DNA of 63,653 bases, the filler included. It is 19 parts of 19 records of this genome, joined end to end, with 100 filler letters (N's around TTAATTAATTAA, not from the genome) between each part and the next. Parts side by side here need not be neighbours in the genome. Positions count along the whole stretch, not along the records: positions 12,883 to 17,472 come from SRR9188676_1664; positions 17,573 to 20,130 come from SRR9188676_1666; positions 20,231 to 23,768 come from SRR9188676_1701; positions 23,869 to 30,865 come from SRR9188676_1703; 15 more parts are not named here. The stretch is one strand, 5' to 3'. Shown piece after piece: positions 13,272 through 25,839 of the stretch. The position numbers were made by a program, and so were the translations under genes. The notes below the pieces were generated by a model that saw nothing but the letters and a program-made list of their open reading frames with translations, did not search any database and was not told the DNA's origin. How positions within the stretch are numbered: position 1 is the first letter of the stretch; each line of letters opens with the position of its first letter.

Positions 13272-15734
13272 TTGGGGAGTGATGGGGGCAGGGATGCAAG
13301 TTTGAAGCCGGGGAGAGGCGCACGCCCATCGAAGCACATACGGCCGTCATGGCGCTCGGGACTCGCCTCACGCATCCTGACAAGTTGGGGGAACGAGTGA
13401 GCAGCGTGTTAGTGCTAGGGATGAAAAGAGCAGTATATGCCACGAATTGAGAGTAATAGTAGGGGAGAGCCGAATGTACACCAATGAAAAAGAGCCAACT
13501 AGTTGAGGATATGTTCCACGTATGTGGACGAAATTGCTAAAATTGAGTCGCCCTAATGTCAAGCTGATCGTTCCTTTCGAACAGTGCCTCTCGATCAGAC
13601 AGCTCAGAATCTCAAGAACAAATTGTGAGTTGACATACTTTGAGGGTTGATGTGCCATGCGGCCCGAGCGCTCGTCCCATGCAAACATGGTGGAGGCGCC
13701 GTCAAGGTTCGACGAGAAGATGTCTTCATCATCATCTTCAAAAGCACCCACGCCCCATGCTTCCTTCAGTCTGTCATATCAAACCATGTCGGAGCAAACA
13801 GCGACAAACGAGAGATCAGCAATAGGCAGCTCAGAATCAGAATTTCCAGATACTTGAGTCTAAGAGCAGAATAGTTAGTAACGACAAAGAACAGTAAGAA
13901 GTCACGCTGTCTTTGAGAAGGGAGCATCGAGGAACAAAATGGTCTTGTATCTCTCTGCATTCACGGAATTCTGTATTGTAGATAATTATCCACCCAAAAT
14001 ATCGAATAAAATCCCCAAAAATTCAAAATCTTCGGTTGTTGAATGTGTGCCTGGTTTAATTCGAAGAATAGGGACACTGTGTACGAGCGAAATTCATACC
14101 GTTTTGGTTCCAGCTTGCTTCGGTCCCGGTTCATGAACTCGGGTGCATCTCGATGTGGGTCATACCCAAGACCAAACCGGTCTTGCTTGTTCTGAAACAG
14201 TGCTCGAATTCGATCTTCTTCGAGGAGGTTCCTACAGATTCAGAAGAAAAGTCGAAAAAAAAAAAAAAAAGAATTAATCGAAGAACGAATCATAGCGCGG
14301 TTGAAATGGAAAGGGAATCATTTTTATGATCTCGAAGGAACTCGTGTACATCCTGATTCATAATCATCTTAGCATACCGACAGAAATTAAAAGTATAACT
14401 GAGATTCAGGGCATCATAGCCGTTGAAGATAACGTACTCGTCTTCAGGCAGGTCAGGCTCGGCCGGTGTAGTGGGTGCTGCACTCACATCCGGGGGCAGC
14501 TGGCACCCATACACTTTGCGTGCCTGTGGAAGAGGGAAAAAAATACAGCGAATGTGGGAAATGTAAGCAGGTGACAGAAAACTCCCGATTGGAAGAGATG
14601 GAAACGGGAGAAAGATTCTGTAAATTTCATTGGGAAGTAGTCATATTTTTAAGCACAGCAAAAGAAAGGCTGGTCATAATTTTGGGAAAGTACGGGATCC
14701 ACCTTCAGAGACGGAATCTTTAAAAGCTAAAGTTCATCAGAACTGTGCTTCGAAAAATAGGAGTTCGATCACTTTTCTCGTCGACTGAACCACTTGAAAC
14801 ACGGCAATATCACTTTCATAAATAAAATAAAATAATTACCAGAAACATTGGATAATCTATGTGACGAGTCGGGAGCCTATTTCAAGCTATACGTACGGGC
14901 TCTTCGGGGGCCTTTTGAGCCTTTTTAACTCGTACAGGAGCAATAGAGGCACCCTCCTTCCAACCCATCTTCTTCAGGAGTTGAGAGCCTGGAAGGACAT
15001 GAGATTTTTATCAGAGGAAGCACGGCTGAAGATCTCTTATATTTTAAAAAAGTTAAATGAATGATACAATACAAACGATATACAATGATCATATCAGAAT
15101 GCGATGACATAGAATGGGGAAGTCATACCTATGGATCCATCACCAGGTTGAATAATAGTATCCTTCACAAGAGACTCAAGGCCAGGAATCAGATTCTCAG
15201 GGGCCGGGATACCCATATCATCTTTCTTTCTTTTCTCATATTCTCCGCCATAACCAGCAGCTGTCGTCAACCCTTGGTCTTCAGTTAAGCCGAGATGCTG
15301 ATCAAATCGAGGAGTAAGGAAGTTGTTGGAACAAGAACAATAAAACGAACGTACCATGCGATCTTCCTCATCTAGGAAATCGTTGATTGTCTGTTCTTTT
15401 TTCCCAGCTCGCTGATCTCGAGTGGATTTGAAAGTGCTAGGTGCCCAACCTGGTTTGTGTCACGATGAGGAACTGCGAAATGAGACATTATGGAGCTGGA
15501 TTTACCTTCTTTTGACCCAACTGTATTGTAATAACCAGCAGAAAATCCACCTTGGAAGGCGCCATGCAGGCGCCTTCGCCCATTCTCATCTCGGACCTCT
15601 TGTTGCCATACAGGAACAAATTTTCCTTCTTCTATCGCCCGTTTGCGTGCTCCAGGCTTATCCTCATCGCTATCACTGTCGAATGGTGTGCCTAGAAGAG
15701 GCCGGAAGTCGAATTTTTCCTCCGTTTGCGTCAT
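13272..15734 (-). CDS. GPATCH1: G-patch domain protein 1 (GPATCH1/TOUGH-like), 5' part
   Basis: [46 protein letters not shown] (DUF1604), [14 protein letters not shown] (G-patch-like), [24 protein letters not shown] and DGRAPLPGF. Introns are about 56, 57, 140, 373, 206, 329 and 258 nt. Confidence 0.92.
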
Positions 15735-15825
15735 CGTCGATAAAAGCGCATTCTCATCTTTTGGTAGAAAAGGTGGAAAGTCTCATCAATCAAAACCATC
15801 CCGGCACGTCAATACAAAACAAAAA

Positions 15826-17262
15826 ATGACCGATTTCGTTTCCTTTTCCAAGCGCCCAGAGTGGGCTGATGTCAAGCCGATCCCTCAAGATGACGGTGAT
15901 CATCCTGTAAGAGATATTTCTTGATTTTTTTATTCAAAAAAAGCGACTCAACCTTGAGTTAGGTTGTGTCCATTGCCTACAGCGAGGAGTTCGTGGAAAC
16001 CATGGATTACTTCAGAGGTGAATCGTCGAGGAAATAGTTATATGAATGTATGCTCATGTTTTTTTACATACTTTCAGCGATCATTGCGACAAACGAAAAG
16101 AGCGACCGCGCGTTGCAACTGACGGAGGAAGTCATCGCCCTGAACCCCGCAAACTATACTGTGTGGCAATTTCGACGAGAGTTGCTCGGTTTGTATTTTG
16201 ATTTGTGTGACAATAATAATGATTACTGATTCTTGGGTGCGCAGAAGCTCTTGGGAAGAGCTGGGAAGATGAACTCAAATACGTCACCTTGTTGATTCAG
16301 GACAACCAGAAGAACTATCAGGTACTGCTATTATCCTTTTTAGTATATACTTTTATTCTTTATAAATCTATGTCTGTGCGGTGTGTCCTCAATTCCTTGT
16401 GGTTTTCAATCCCAGGTGTGGTACCATCGTCGCGTTGTGGTTGAGAAGTCTGGTCTTGTAAATCAGGAAAAGCCCTTCACTGCCAGCATATTGGAAGACG
16501 ATTCAAAGAATTACCATGCTTGGGCCCATCGACAGGTTTGACATATTCTATTTTGCAGAGAGCTTGTCTTTTTCAATTTGGCCTTCTAATCAACCGATTC
16601 TGTCTCACCTTCCAGTGGGTAATCCGCACTTACTCTCTCTGGGATGAAGAGTTGGAGTACATTGATGCCCTGCTCAATGATGTACGTCTTCCTCTGTTAT
16701 ATTCGTCAGCTTTCCTAGAACTTACATTTTTCTTGCTATTATTTTCAGGATGTGATGAACAACTCCGCTTGGAATCAACGATTCTTTGTAATTTCCAACC
16801 AAGAGATATCTCAAGACGTGTGCGATCGTGAAGTAAAATACAGTATGTCAGCTTTCACGTCGTGTGATTTCTTCGGCCAAATAGGACGAACAAGAAAAGA
16901 CTACTAACAGATTGTAGGTAACAGGAGCGACTTAATCGAAAGAAAGACGCGTATCGTGAATTACGAATTAGCAGACAGAATCGAAGCAATATTGAGTGTT
17001 ACCATCATCATCCTTTCTTCATTTCTTTGAATTTTAGCCCTGGATAAGATCAAGACTCGCGTGGACAACGAAAGTCCATGGAACTATCTGCGAGGTCTCC
17101 TGAAAGCCACACTCTACTCCTTCTCCTTCCGTAAGTTTGCATTCTGCATCAGCTTGTACTCGGTATCGGTGGATCTTATTATGGCTCGTTTGTGCAGCTG
17201 AATCGATTGCGTTTGCTGAGAAGCTTGTCCTGCAGCAGCCCAAGAGCACGTTCCCTCTCGCT
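15826..17262 (+). CDS. FNTA: Protein farnesyltransferase/GGTase-I alpha subunit, 3'-truncated (9 exons)
   Basis: [35 protein letters not shown]...[12 protein letters not shown]...KNYQ|VWYHRR...[13 protein letters not shown]...NNSAWNQR...[10 protein letters not shown], i.e. PPTA repeats. All introns are GT-AG and in phase. Confidence 0.96.
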
Positions 17263-19029
17263 GTGAGTACTTCCTCACTCTGTCCGGTGTTTCTGGATGA
17301 TCATTAGTTTTTGGTGGGGTCATGCTTTATTGTTGTTATGGTTCACCTAGAATTTTATAAGATGAAGTGTGGGGATCAGGCGCCAACCAATGAAATGTTC
17401 GAGAAAGAAGCATAACATGGTTCAATGATTATTTATATTTGACATAAACAATGGAGGTCCGGTATGCCGTCCNNNNNNNNNNNNNNNNNNNNNNNNNNNN
17501 NNNNNNNNNNNNNNNNTTAATTAATTAANNNNNNNNNNNNNNNNNNNNNNNNNNNNNNNNNNNNNNNNNNNNGCGGCACCTGGGAGGTCCTAGTCCACCA
17601 AGAGCAGGATAAAAGGTGGGATGACAGGCAAAGGAAAAAGCAAAAAATACACTACGACAAGATATGAAGTATGACGGTAGTGGCTCGAGAATTTAATTGT
17701 CGTTATAACGTGTAGAAAAAAGGGAGGTGACTCGGAATCGGAAGGTGTGAATAATTCACAGAATGTATTCAAAACTTTTTCAGCATCAGAAAACAAAAAA
17801 TAATAAAAATAAAAAAATAAAATGTAGGAACACATACATGTGGCAATAATTCGTCCGATGAGATTCCTGCAAAAGAAGGAGAGACAAACGGAAGCAATGA
17901 GAAAGAGACAACGCACAACTGCGAAGCTTTCTTTCTTCGACGTGCTGATAATGAATAACAGAAGAAAGCACTGACGCAAATAGAAGAAATATCAAGAAGA
18001 ATATCTTCTTCAGACGAAGGATCACAACAGCTTCTGCTTCCTGTGTGCATGGAAAAGAAAAACTCATTCTAAAGCCGTGATGAAAAAGTCAGAACGCCTG
18101 AATATAAAAGTGGAGATCTGTCAACACTCACTCCATACTAGAGGATGAAGAAGCTCTCAGATACAAAATGGAAGAGGGAAGTAACGCAAACAGAAGAATG
18201 AGAATAATAAAATTTGATAATTGATTCCTCTTCATGCTCAGGAAGGATGGTGAAAGTTTTTCGAAGATTCTATCAGATTCGTTTGTTTGTATATATAAAT
18301 GACACACAAGTATCCCGTGAAAAAGGAGCAAATACGAACGGATTCAAGGGAAATAGTCAGAGATGATGTATGAACCGGCTCAGAACAAGCTCTCACAATC
18401 CTCAAGCCGAAGATAGACAAGAAAAAACTCAAGGAAGTCTAACCTTCTACGCTCGTCAATCCGAGGAAGGCGATCGCCAGGAAAATCAGTAAAGTGACCA
18501 ACTTATTCATCTTTCAACGCAATCCGATGAATACAAAAAGAAGATTTTCGCAGCGAAGAGTGCAATGTAACCAGAAAGAAAGGTGGTCCTTAAGTATAGG
18601 ATAGAATAGCAAAGAACAATGTCGTTGGAGGATTCCTGAAATCGTAAGATCGAAATTGGGAACTCGACAGGCAGGATTCTCTTCGCTGCCACTGAATACC
18701 TAACGGATTTGCGTCAGGCCAGAGCCGCCAGGGGGGGTAGGATTTTCTGCTGCTCGGCACAGGTTTTGTTACAAGGGGGGGATAGATCATGTATACGAGA
18801 TATTTTCTCCAAATCCGAGAATCCGAGCTATCCGCTGCTATCCGACTCCCACCGTCCCACCAGCCTCACTCGTGTAGAATCATTGGATCTATGATGACGT
18901 CACATAGAATGCTCCGGTGCTTCAATTCTATTACCAGATTTTCGAATCTACTTCAGATCCAAGTCAAGATCCTTGCACTCTGTTGGATGAAAGACGTATG
19001 CATTCGAACCGGAAGCCACCCTTCTTTAT

Positions 19030-19769
19030 TTCAGGCAAAGGACGGGGAAAGACAGCATTGATGTGTGCTCTCGAAAAATGTCTGAAAGTTCTGACTGTCA
19101 TCTCGCTGTAGAAAGTCGAGGAGAAAGTCGATCTCATGGAAATCTGGAGATATTGCGCGTACTTGTCGATCTGGCCATGCTGCATGCCGATCATCACCCA
19201 CTGAGACAAATGACGTATATATTTTTTTCAGGGTAAGATCATCATCATCCTTATCATCAGGACGGCGGTCAAGATCAGAACATAAGGCTTGGAATGCTAT
19301 CTGGACCTCAGAATCTCATCGGAAGCCTGGCGGCCATTTTAAAATATTCGTGCATTCAACCACGAATAATATTCTAGACTATTGTGAGAGTGGAGTTGTG
19401 ATCCCACAACATCATCCTTACTTTTTCTGAATCTGTTGATCCGAAAGCCCGGCTTACTATTCAGCTGGACAGAACGCACCGCAATACCAACTCTCCCACT
19501 GCTTCTCCATCAGTCTTCCTGAGCCACTCGACTCAAACAGAGCGAATAGTACTTCATCATCCAAACATGTCTCATCGCATTGCAATCGGCTCAATAGCAG
19601 CCTGTGATACCAAGGCTGATTGTCGAGCCTCTTGATAGCGAGCGGAACCAGTTTCGCATTTTTGTCTGGTATGATATGGTATGGTAGAGTATGACAGGGA
19701 AAACTGCGATAGGTGTACCGAACTGACGTACCTTTCGTACTGGATCCGTTGACTTGGCTTCATCTTGCT
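19030..19769 (-). CDS. Hypothetical protein (tentative spliced gene)
   Basis: Protein-like exon IAFQALCSDLDRRPDDKDDDDLTLKKIYTSFVSVGDDRHAAWPDRQ|RDDSQNFQTFFESTHQCCLSPSFA*, followed by AATAAA. The 5' exons are uncertain. Confidence 0.3.
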
Positions 19770-20791
19770 ACTGAGGAAAAATCCGATTTTTCCCCTGAAG
19801 GAAAATGAGGGATGAAACTGATGCCTGACGATTGAGTGGACCACATTGCAAGTGTTTTCCGATTTTTCCTAAACACTTCCTCCATTCTTCTCTATTTATG
19901 AAAATTCTATTCATCCTTTCCACATTCCAATTTTTACCTAAGTGTCTCAAACGAGCCGTGAGTCTCCTTTCTCTCTGTTTTCCCCCTCTTATGTGCTGTG
20001 GCCGGCACCTCGGCCTCCTTGTGTCCGATTTTATAAGCTTTTACTTAGCTCATTGAATATGTACTATCAAATTCGTGTACTAAGCTACTTTCTTCTTTTA
20101 TCCCCCATGACCCTCTCCACGACGACCATTNNNNNNNNNNNNNNNNNNNNNNNNNNNNNNNNNNNNNNNNNNNNTTAATTAATTAANNNNNNNNNNNNNN
20201 NNNNNNNNNNNNNNNNNNNNNNNNNNNNNNGGTGGTGGTGGTGTGGGGGGGTCTCGAACATGACCAAAAAAAGGGGGGGGAAGGTCGGTGTCCACAGATG
20301 TGTCAGAAACTCTTGAAGGAACGGCGCCCCTAAAGATTTTTATAGAAGGTTGGTAGATAATGACTCGCAATTAGAACATATATAAAACAGTATATCTGTG
20401 GCATTGACAGTCCCCAAACCCCATTCTTCATAACAATAAAACTGATCCTGTGAGGTATAAATGTGATTATCATCTCCAAAAAATGAAGCCGCTTTACGTT
20501 TTTAGAGATGTATATTTCCTTCCCCCAGGCAATGTGTGCCGACTCAACACTCTATGAATAGATGAAGGGAAAAAGTGTTCGATCTGAAGAAATGTTAGAC
20601 AAGAGGCCACAGATATTAACGATGATGAGATAGGACCCTCGGCGGGTTAGCAGCCTGATCCACACTGTGTAATGTGTATAAGGGATGTATCTGTATGTGG
20701 CGAAGAGGGTGTGGTATTGGTTGGAATGGATACATGATTCACAAAAAAAATCAAAGAATTAAAGAAAAGGAAGAAGGAATGAAAATAATAC

Positions 20792-23687
20792 CATCAAACC
20801 CTTGATTATCTGCGAGAGAATGGGCAAGCATCTGCCATTCATGTTTTTCGGCAAAGTTCTTCGGTACGTTAATCCAGTTTGATACCATCGCCTTGAAAGT
20901 ACGGTGTTTGCTCTCAAAACGTAGGGTCATTGCATAACGCAAGATACCAACTCTGCAATAACAATAAGGACATTGAAGGGATGTGTGTGTGAGTAAAAAG
21001 ACGGAGAAAATGTGTGAGGTGAGGAGAAAGAAAACAACCACGGATTTTATTCATGGAAGTGAACATATATATAAGTGAGAGTCCTTTATCTTGTTCGTGA
21101 TCTTGTAGTCAGTTGTGAAGATGATGATATATATACTGGAAAACTAGAAATGGTGAGATGAGATATGACAGGGATATTCGTGCAAAAAAATAGGGGGGGA
21201 TTAAAAAATGTTCACGGAAGAAAATGAAGTTGGAAAAATAGTGTATATTACATGTCAATATATATGAACTCAATTGGACATGTTTGTAGTGAGGGATGGA
21301 AGCTGTATATTTGAGCATCGCGCAACTGACAAAACCATAGATATGCAGAGAAAGAGACTGTTTTTTTGTACACACTCACAGAGATATATAGAGAGAGATG
21401 TGGAAATTGTTATTTTCAAGGAGGAGAGAGAGACTTACTCGAGTTCACATGTACCCAAGTGCACCAGCTCATGGTGTTTCGGCTTGATTGTCGCCTTGTT
21501 TGGATCCGGGGATGCGAACAAGGTACGATATCCCTTGAGAAATTCCCCCACTGCATTATTAAGTATCGTAGAATCGTCAGGGTACTCTGGCCTAAATTTC
21601 ATACACATATGAAGAATGTCCAGCAAGATAGAATATACACTCCACTCTGGAGTCATGAACACGGAATTATACTGTGTAGCAGAAGCTGAAGGGCTAAATC
21701 CAGGAAGGACAAAAGGCAACACTCGGCAAAATAGCCACATCTCACTTGCTGACATACTAAACTTCTCTTTCCGGAATTGTTCATCTGAGATGTAGGGGAC
21801 TTCTGGTAGTGAATATCCGAAAGATTTTCGCAGGTTTGCGTTAAGAATGCTTCTTGTCAGACCGAATTGCGACGCAATACGCACGATGTGTCGACTAGTG
21901 TAGCAACAAACGCGCTCTAAAAGTGTATGCGCTATATCCACAGGGGTTGATGCTATCGGGTCGAAATAAGGAAGCTCAAAGAGGCAAGTTTTCCCTGTTA
22001 CACCAGTGATAGTACTATACTCGTCAATTTCTTCTCGGGGTTTGGTCTGTTTGTAATGCAGTAGGGTGTTCGACTGTTCGAGTAATTGTTCTTTTGTCCT
22101 TCGTATATAGTCTTCTTCATAGTTCCCATACCAAAGATCAGTTTCAGTGGCCTCGCAGTGTCTACATTTTGTGTAAGTCAGACGACCGACACTCTCCTTC
22201 AGACCAATGAGACCATGCAAAGCGGGAATATCCCCAGAGAAGAAGAGTATTCCTCCTTTCAGGTTGTGTACAGTGCCATCCGGGAAAAGAAAAGTCATCC
22301 CGTTCGTAGCAAGGGTTTTCATTTCATCGATGAACCCAGACATAAATTTGTTGAATACTTCCTGAGTGAGGTCTTTCGTGTATGCCAAGCCTAAAAGCTG
22401 GATCATGGGCAGTTTCATGCGGATGGAAGGAGGTAAGTTGGCGATGACAAAATACACAGCTGTGAGTGAGATTTTGGATTTGGTTTTCTCATTGGTGACT
22501 TCAAAAGAGTCAAGATAACAGATAAGGCAAATTGGAGGAGTTGGATGATGGAAAAGAATGTCTTGAAAGAGTGGGCTATTGCGGAATATCGTACCATGAA
22601 ATACATCATGTGCTGTAAAGTGATTCGGGTTTGTGGACGAAGGTTGTGGCCACATTCGTGATTTGGAAGCCATAAAGTGATCAGAAAATCCGGAGGTGTG
22701 AAGGAGATGCTTTTGGAAGGTCCTGTGGAAGGATAAATTTGCAGAGTGAAGTTGCCTTGTGATCATCATTCCTCGGCGTTTGCTGTATTCGTGACGAGTG
22801 CCAATGAGCCTCTGTTCTGGGTCGCTGCGACGATGACGAAAAGCTGAATAGAGAAGTTTCTGATGTAGATACGATGTCCTGCCTACGAATTCATGAATTC
22901 GACGGATTGGTTGCGTCACTTCGGGTATCAAGGAAGAGATGAAGTCATCACAATGAGTGGAAAGGTGCGAAGAGATGTCCTCACTAAGGGAAATCAGATC
23001 AATCACGGGCTGCTGAGAAGCATTCATCAGTGTAGAAAGCACCGTTGTTCGAAGCTGCTGCAGGTTTTCTTGATAAAGACGAGAGATGCAAGGTAAGATG
23101 AAGGATCGCAGAACATCATCTACGATATCCATGCAGTTGTTGATGGTCGTTGTGGAGTATGATTTTGTGATATTCTGCACGTACATCATATCTAAATATA
23201 GGCGTGCGTATTTCATGCGATAATCGTGCAAAAACTGATCAGCAAAATCATCAGCTGAAGAATGGCTTGAAGGAGAGGGGATTGATGGTGGCACATTGTC
23301 ATTCATTGGAATGTCTTCCATGTTATTGCTTGATTCTTGTAGAGGTTCATGAGGTACAGGTTCATATTCAAGCTCAAGCGGAGGGTGCGGAGGGCTAGAT
23401 GGTGCGGCCAACTCATGAGCATGGTCAGTCAAAGCATCATGACATCTGTCGAATATTTCAACTGGACCTGATTCTTCAAGGGCAAACATTCGATATCCTC
23501 CTATTGCGATACCTTTGCGGCTACAGTGACTGCTCAGTGATGAGTAGCGCAAATAAGATGCATTGCATTCCGGATCAGGACATATAAATTTGACTCGATC
23601 TTCCTTCTCATGATCGTTGCGATAGTGGCTACGAAGTTCATCACGGTTTGAAGCGGAATAGAAACAAAAGAGACATTTGAGGTCCAT
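20792..23687 (-). mobile_element. CMC/EnSpm(CACTA)-like DDE transposase gene with two N-terminal C2H2-like zinc fingers, spliced
   Basis: ATG at 23687 (MDLKCLFC...HYRNDH; CPDPEC...HCSR). Core motifs: YLDSFE, YFVIANLPP, FSGDIPAL...CRHC, PVDIAHTLLE, SASEMW, IKPKHHELVH. A 486-nt GTAAGT...GCAG intron (21438-20953) joins these in frame to VGILRYAMTLRFESKHRTFK. No TIRs were established. Confidence 0.85.
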
Positions 23688-24121
23688 TTGAAGACGCCTC
23701 AAAAGAAGGCGGGAAGACGGGGTGTTTATTCGGATTTATTACGGGGATCGCTTCGCCCCAAGGGGCGANNNNNNNNNNNNNNNNNNNNNNNNNNNNNNNN
23801 NNNNNNNNNNNNTTAATTAATTAANNNNNNNNNNNNNNNNNNNNNNNNNNNNNNNNNNNNNNNNNNNNCTTTATTGTTTAATAAATGTCGCGGTACTATC
23901 TTCAAATGCAAGTGAGAATTTCCTAATTTGATTAGGAGATTTTCTTGAAGAAATAGGCCTCGGACCCCCCTGCATTTCGAGAGGAGGCTTTATGGCGTAG
24001 CTTCTAATCTCATCCGTGTTTTATTTTATTTTCGGTCTCGGGATTTTCACGAACTGACGACTGAGAAATGTTTCTAATTCAACTCTTCTGCATTGCATTT
24101 GCTCTTGTGCTTTCGCTATAG

Positions 24122-25122
24122 TTTGGGATCATGATCTCGGCCCCGTACGGAAGGATGCCTACAAATATGGTGAGAAATCTCTCAACGATATCACTACCTG
24201 CTGGCACATATATTATGCTTTAGCGATGATGTGCTTTATTTCGTCCCTCTCGGCACTTTGTTTCGCATCGGTTTTGTCATCACTGTTGTCGCATATTGGT
24301 CACATACATACCCCCTTTTCTTGTTCCTTTTTTTCTGATTTTTTTTTTCTATCTGAAGTTATTTCGTTTTCTGATTATTATTTTGCTATGTCCCATCTTA
24401 CTCAGATTTTGATTGGCGTGGCAAACGCCCAGCTCCGGCCGGACTGCTCCCAGTTTCTAAGAAAGAAGCGAGGCGACTGCCCTCCCTCCATACTCCCCCT
24501 ATTTGAAAAATGCTGGAACCAGGACCCCTCGCTGCGACCCCCCCTCGGGCAAATTATTCAAGACCTCGAAACTGCCCTGAAGTCTCTGCTTTCCACGCAA
24601 AAAAATCAGGTTTCCACCATCTCCGAACGGTCCTCAATTACATCATCCCCGATACGCACACCCTCATCTGGCTCGGGGCATGTGACTGACTCTCAATTCA
24701 ACAATCACACTAACCTCATCAGCGCGAACGTAAATTTGAATGCTAACGGAAATCCCGATGCAAAGAACATCCCTTCACATCAAAGCGGGGGCTCATACAA
24801 CTCTGACAGCCTAACTCTGAAACTGATGGAAACGGTGCGGAAAAAAACGACAGCACAAAAGAAAAAAGAGTCACAGCAGAAAGTTTGGAGCCCCGAATCC
24901 CCCTCCAAGAATTCGAAATCGAACATTATACATGCGCCATCACAATCTCCTCATATCTTCGCGCTGAACTCTATCTCGACCTCCAGCAGTGCTGCTGGGG
25001 TGGTCCACTATGATCATGATATTCGCCATGCAGAACCCATCCCATCTACTCCTTCGATACTGTTACCAACAAATCAAAACAACCAGGCAACCCACACGAA
25101 CCACACAAATCAAAAGCAGTGA
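24122..25122 (+). CDS. Protein kinase (TKL-like), last exons
   Basis: Exon from 24406: ILIGVANAQLRP...CPPSILPLFEKCWNQDPSLRPPLGQIIQDLE (subdomain XI, CW..DP..RP), then a disordered tail to the stop at 25122. Confidence 0.85.
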
Positions 25123-25839
25123 ATCATCTTCTGTAGAGGGAGGAACGTCAGCGAATTTTTGAATCTTCTCTGGAATGTACATGGCATCCGATCATTTCAT
25201 ATTCATCAAACCCATATATAATACCATATTCATGAAACATCCATATATTGATTAAAACAACCATATTTCAGCTAAAGACGAACTTCAACGGCTGCTATTT
25301 CGAAGGTGGTATTTCATGATATAGAGTGATAATCATGTCTCTTGGGGCCCCTGGCTCGGGGATCATTCAAAGTGTGGAGGATTCATTCTAGTGATTCTAG
25401 GTGATAGACAAGTTCAGTACAACTTTTAGACGAGGGTATCATCTAGATCTCAGGATGATGCAGCATTGAGGATGGAAGGACGGGCTTAGACAGCTCACAT
25501 GAAGATGCTGAAAATCCACAAATTATTTGCTTGAGGTGCAATTATTTTTAGAGTAATTGTAATCAATAAAGAGACCAACCGTCGTAGGAGGTCAGTTCGA
25601 AAATGACAAAGCCAGAATTCAAAAGGAGATTCGTCGGAACATGCAAATGCAACTCGATCCATGAAGAACGACTCTTACAAAACACTTCTTATTTGACAGA
25701 GAGACGGCAGTAAATTTTTTTGAACGATTTGGAGCATCAGAACCTGACGCGTGGCGACCTGAATCTGCGTCGTCACGTCATTCGCAAGGTTACCTATACA
25801 GTTGGCGATTTTCCCTTTTCAGAAGGATGTTTTGATTGA

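Noticed and set aside
15826..17262. Possible stop-codon reassignment suggested by the fragmented ORFs
   Set aside because: FNTA, SMC3, ZnT, PDCL and DUF1295 all splice into stop-free frames with the standard code and TGG for Trp.
20292..20296. CACAG as a possible CACTA-like terminus of the transposon
   Set aside because: A 5-mer with no matching inverted copy in the contig; the other end is truncated.
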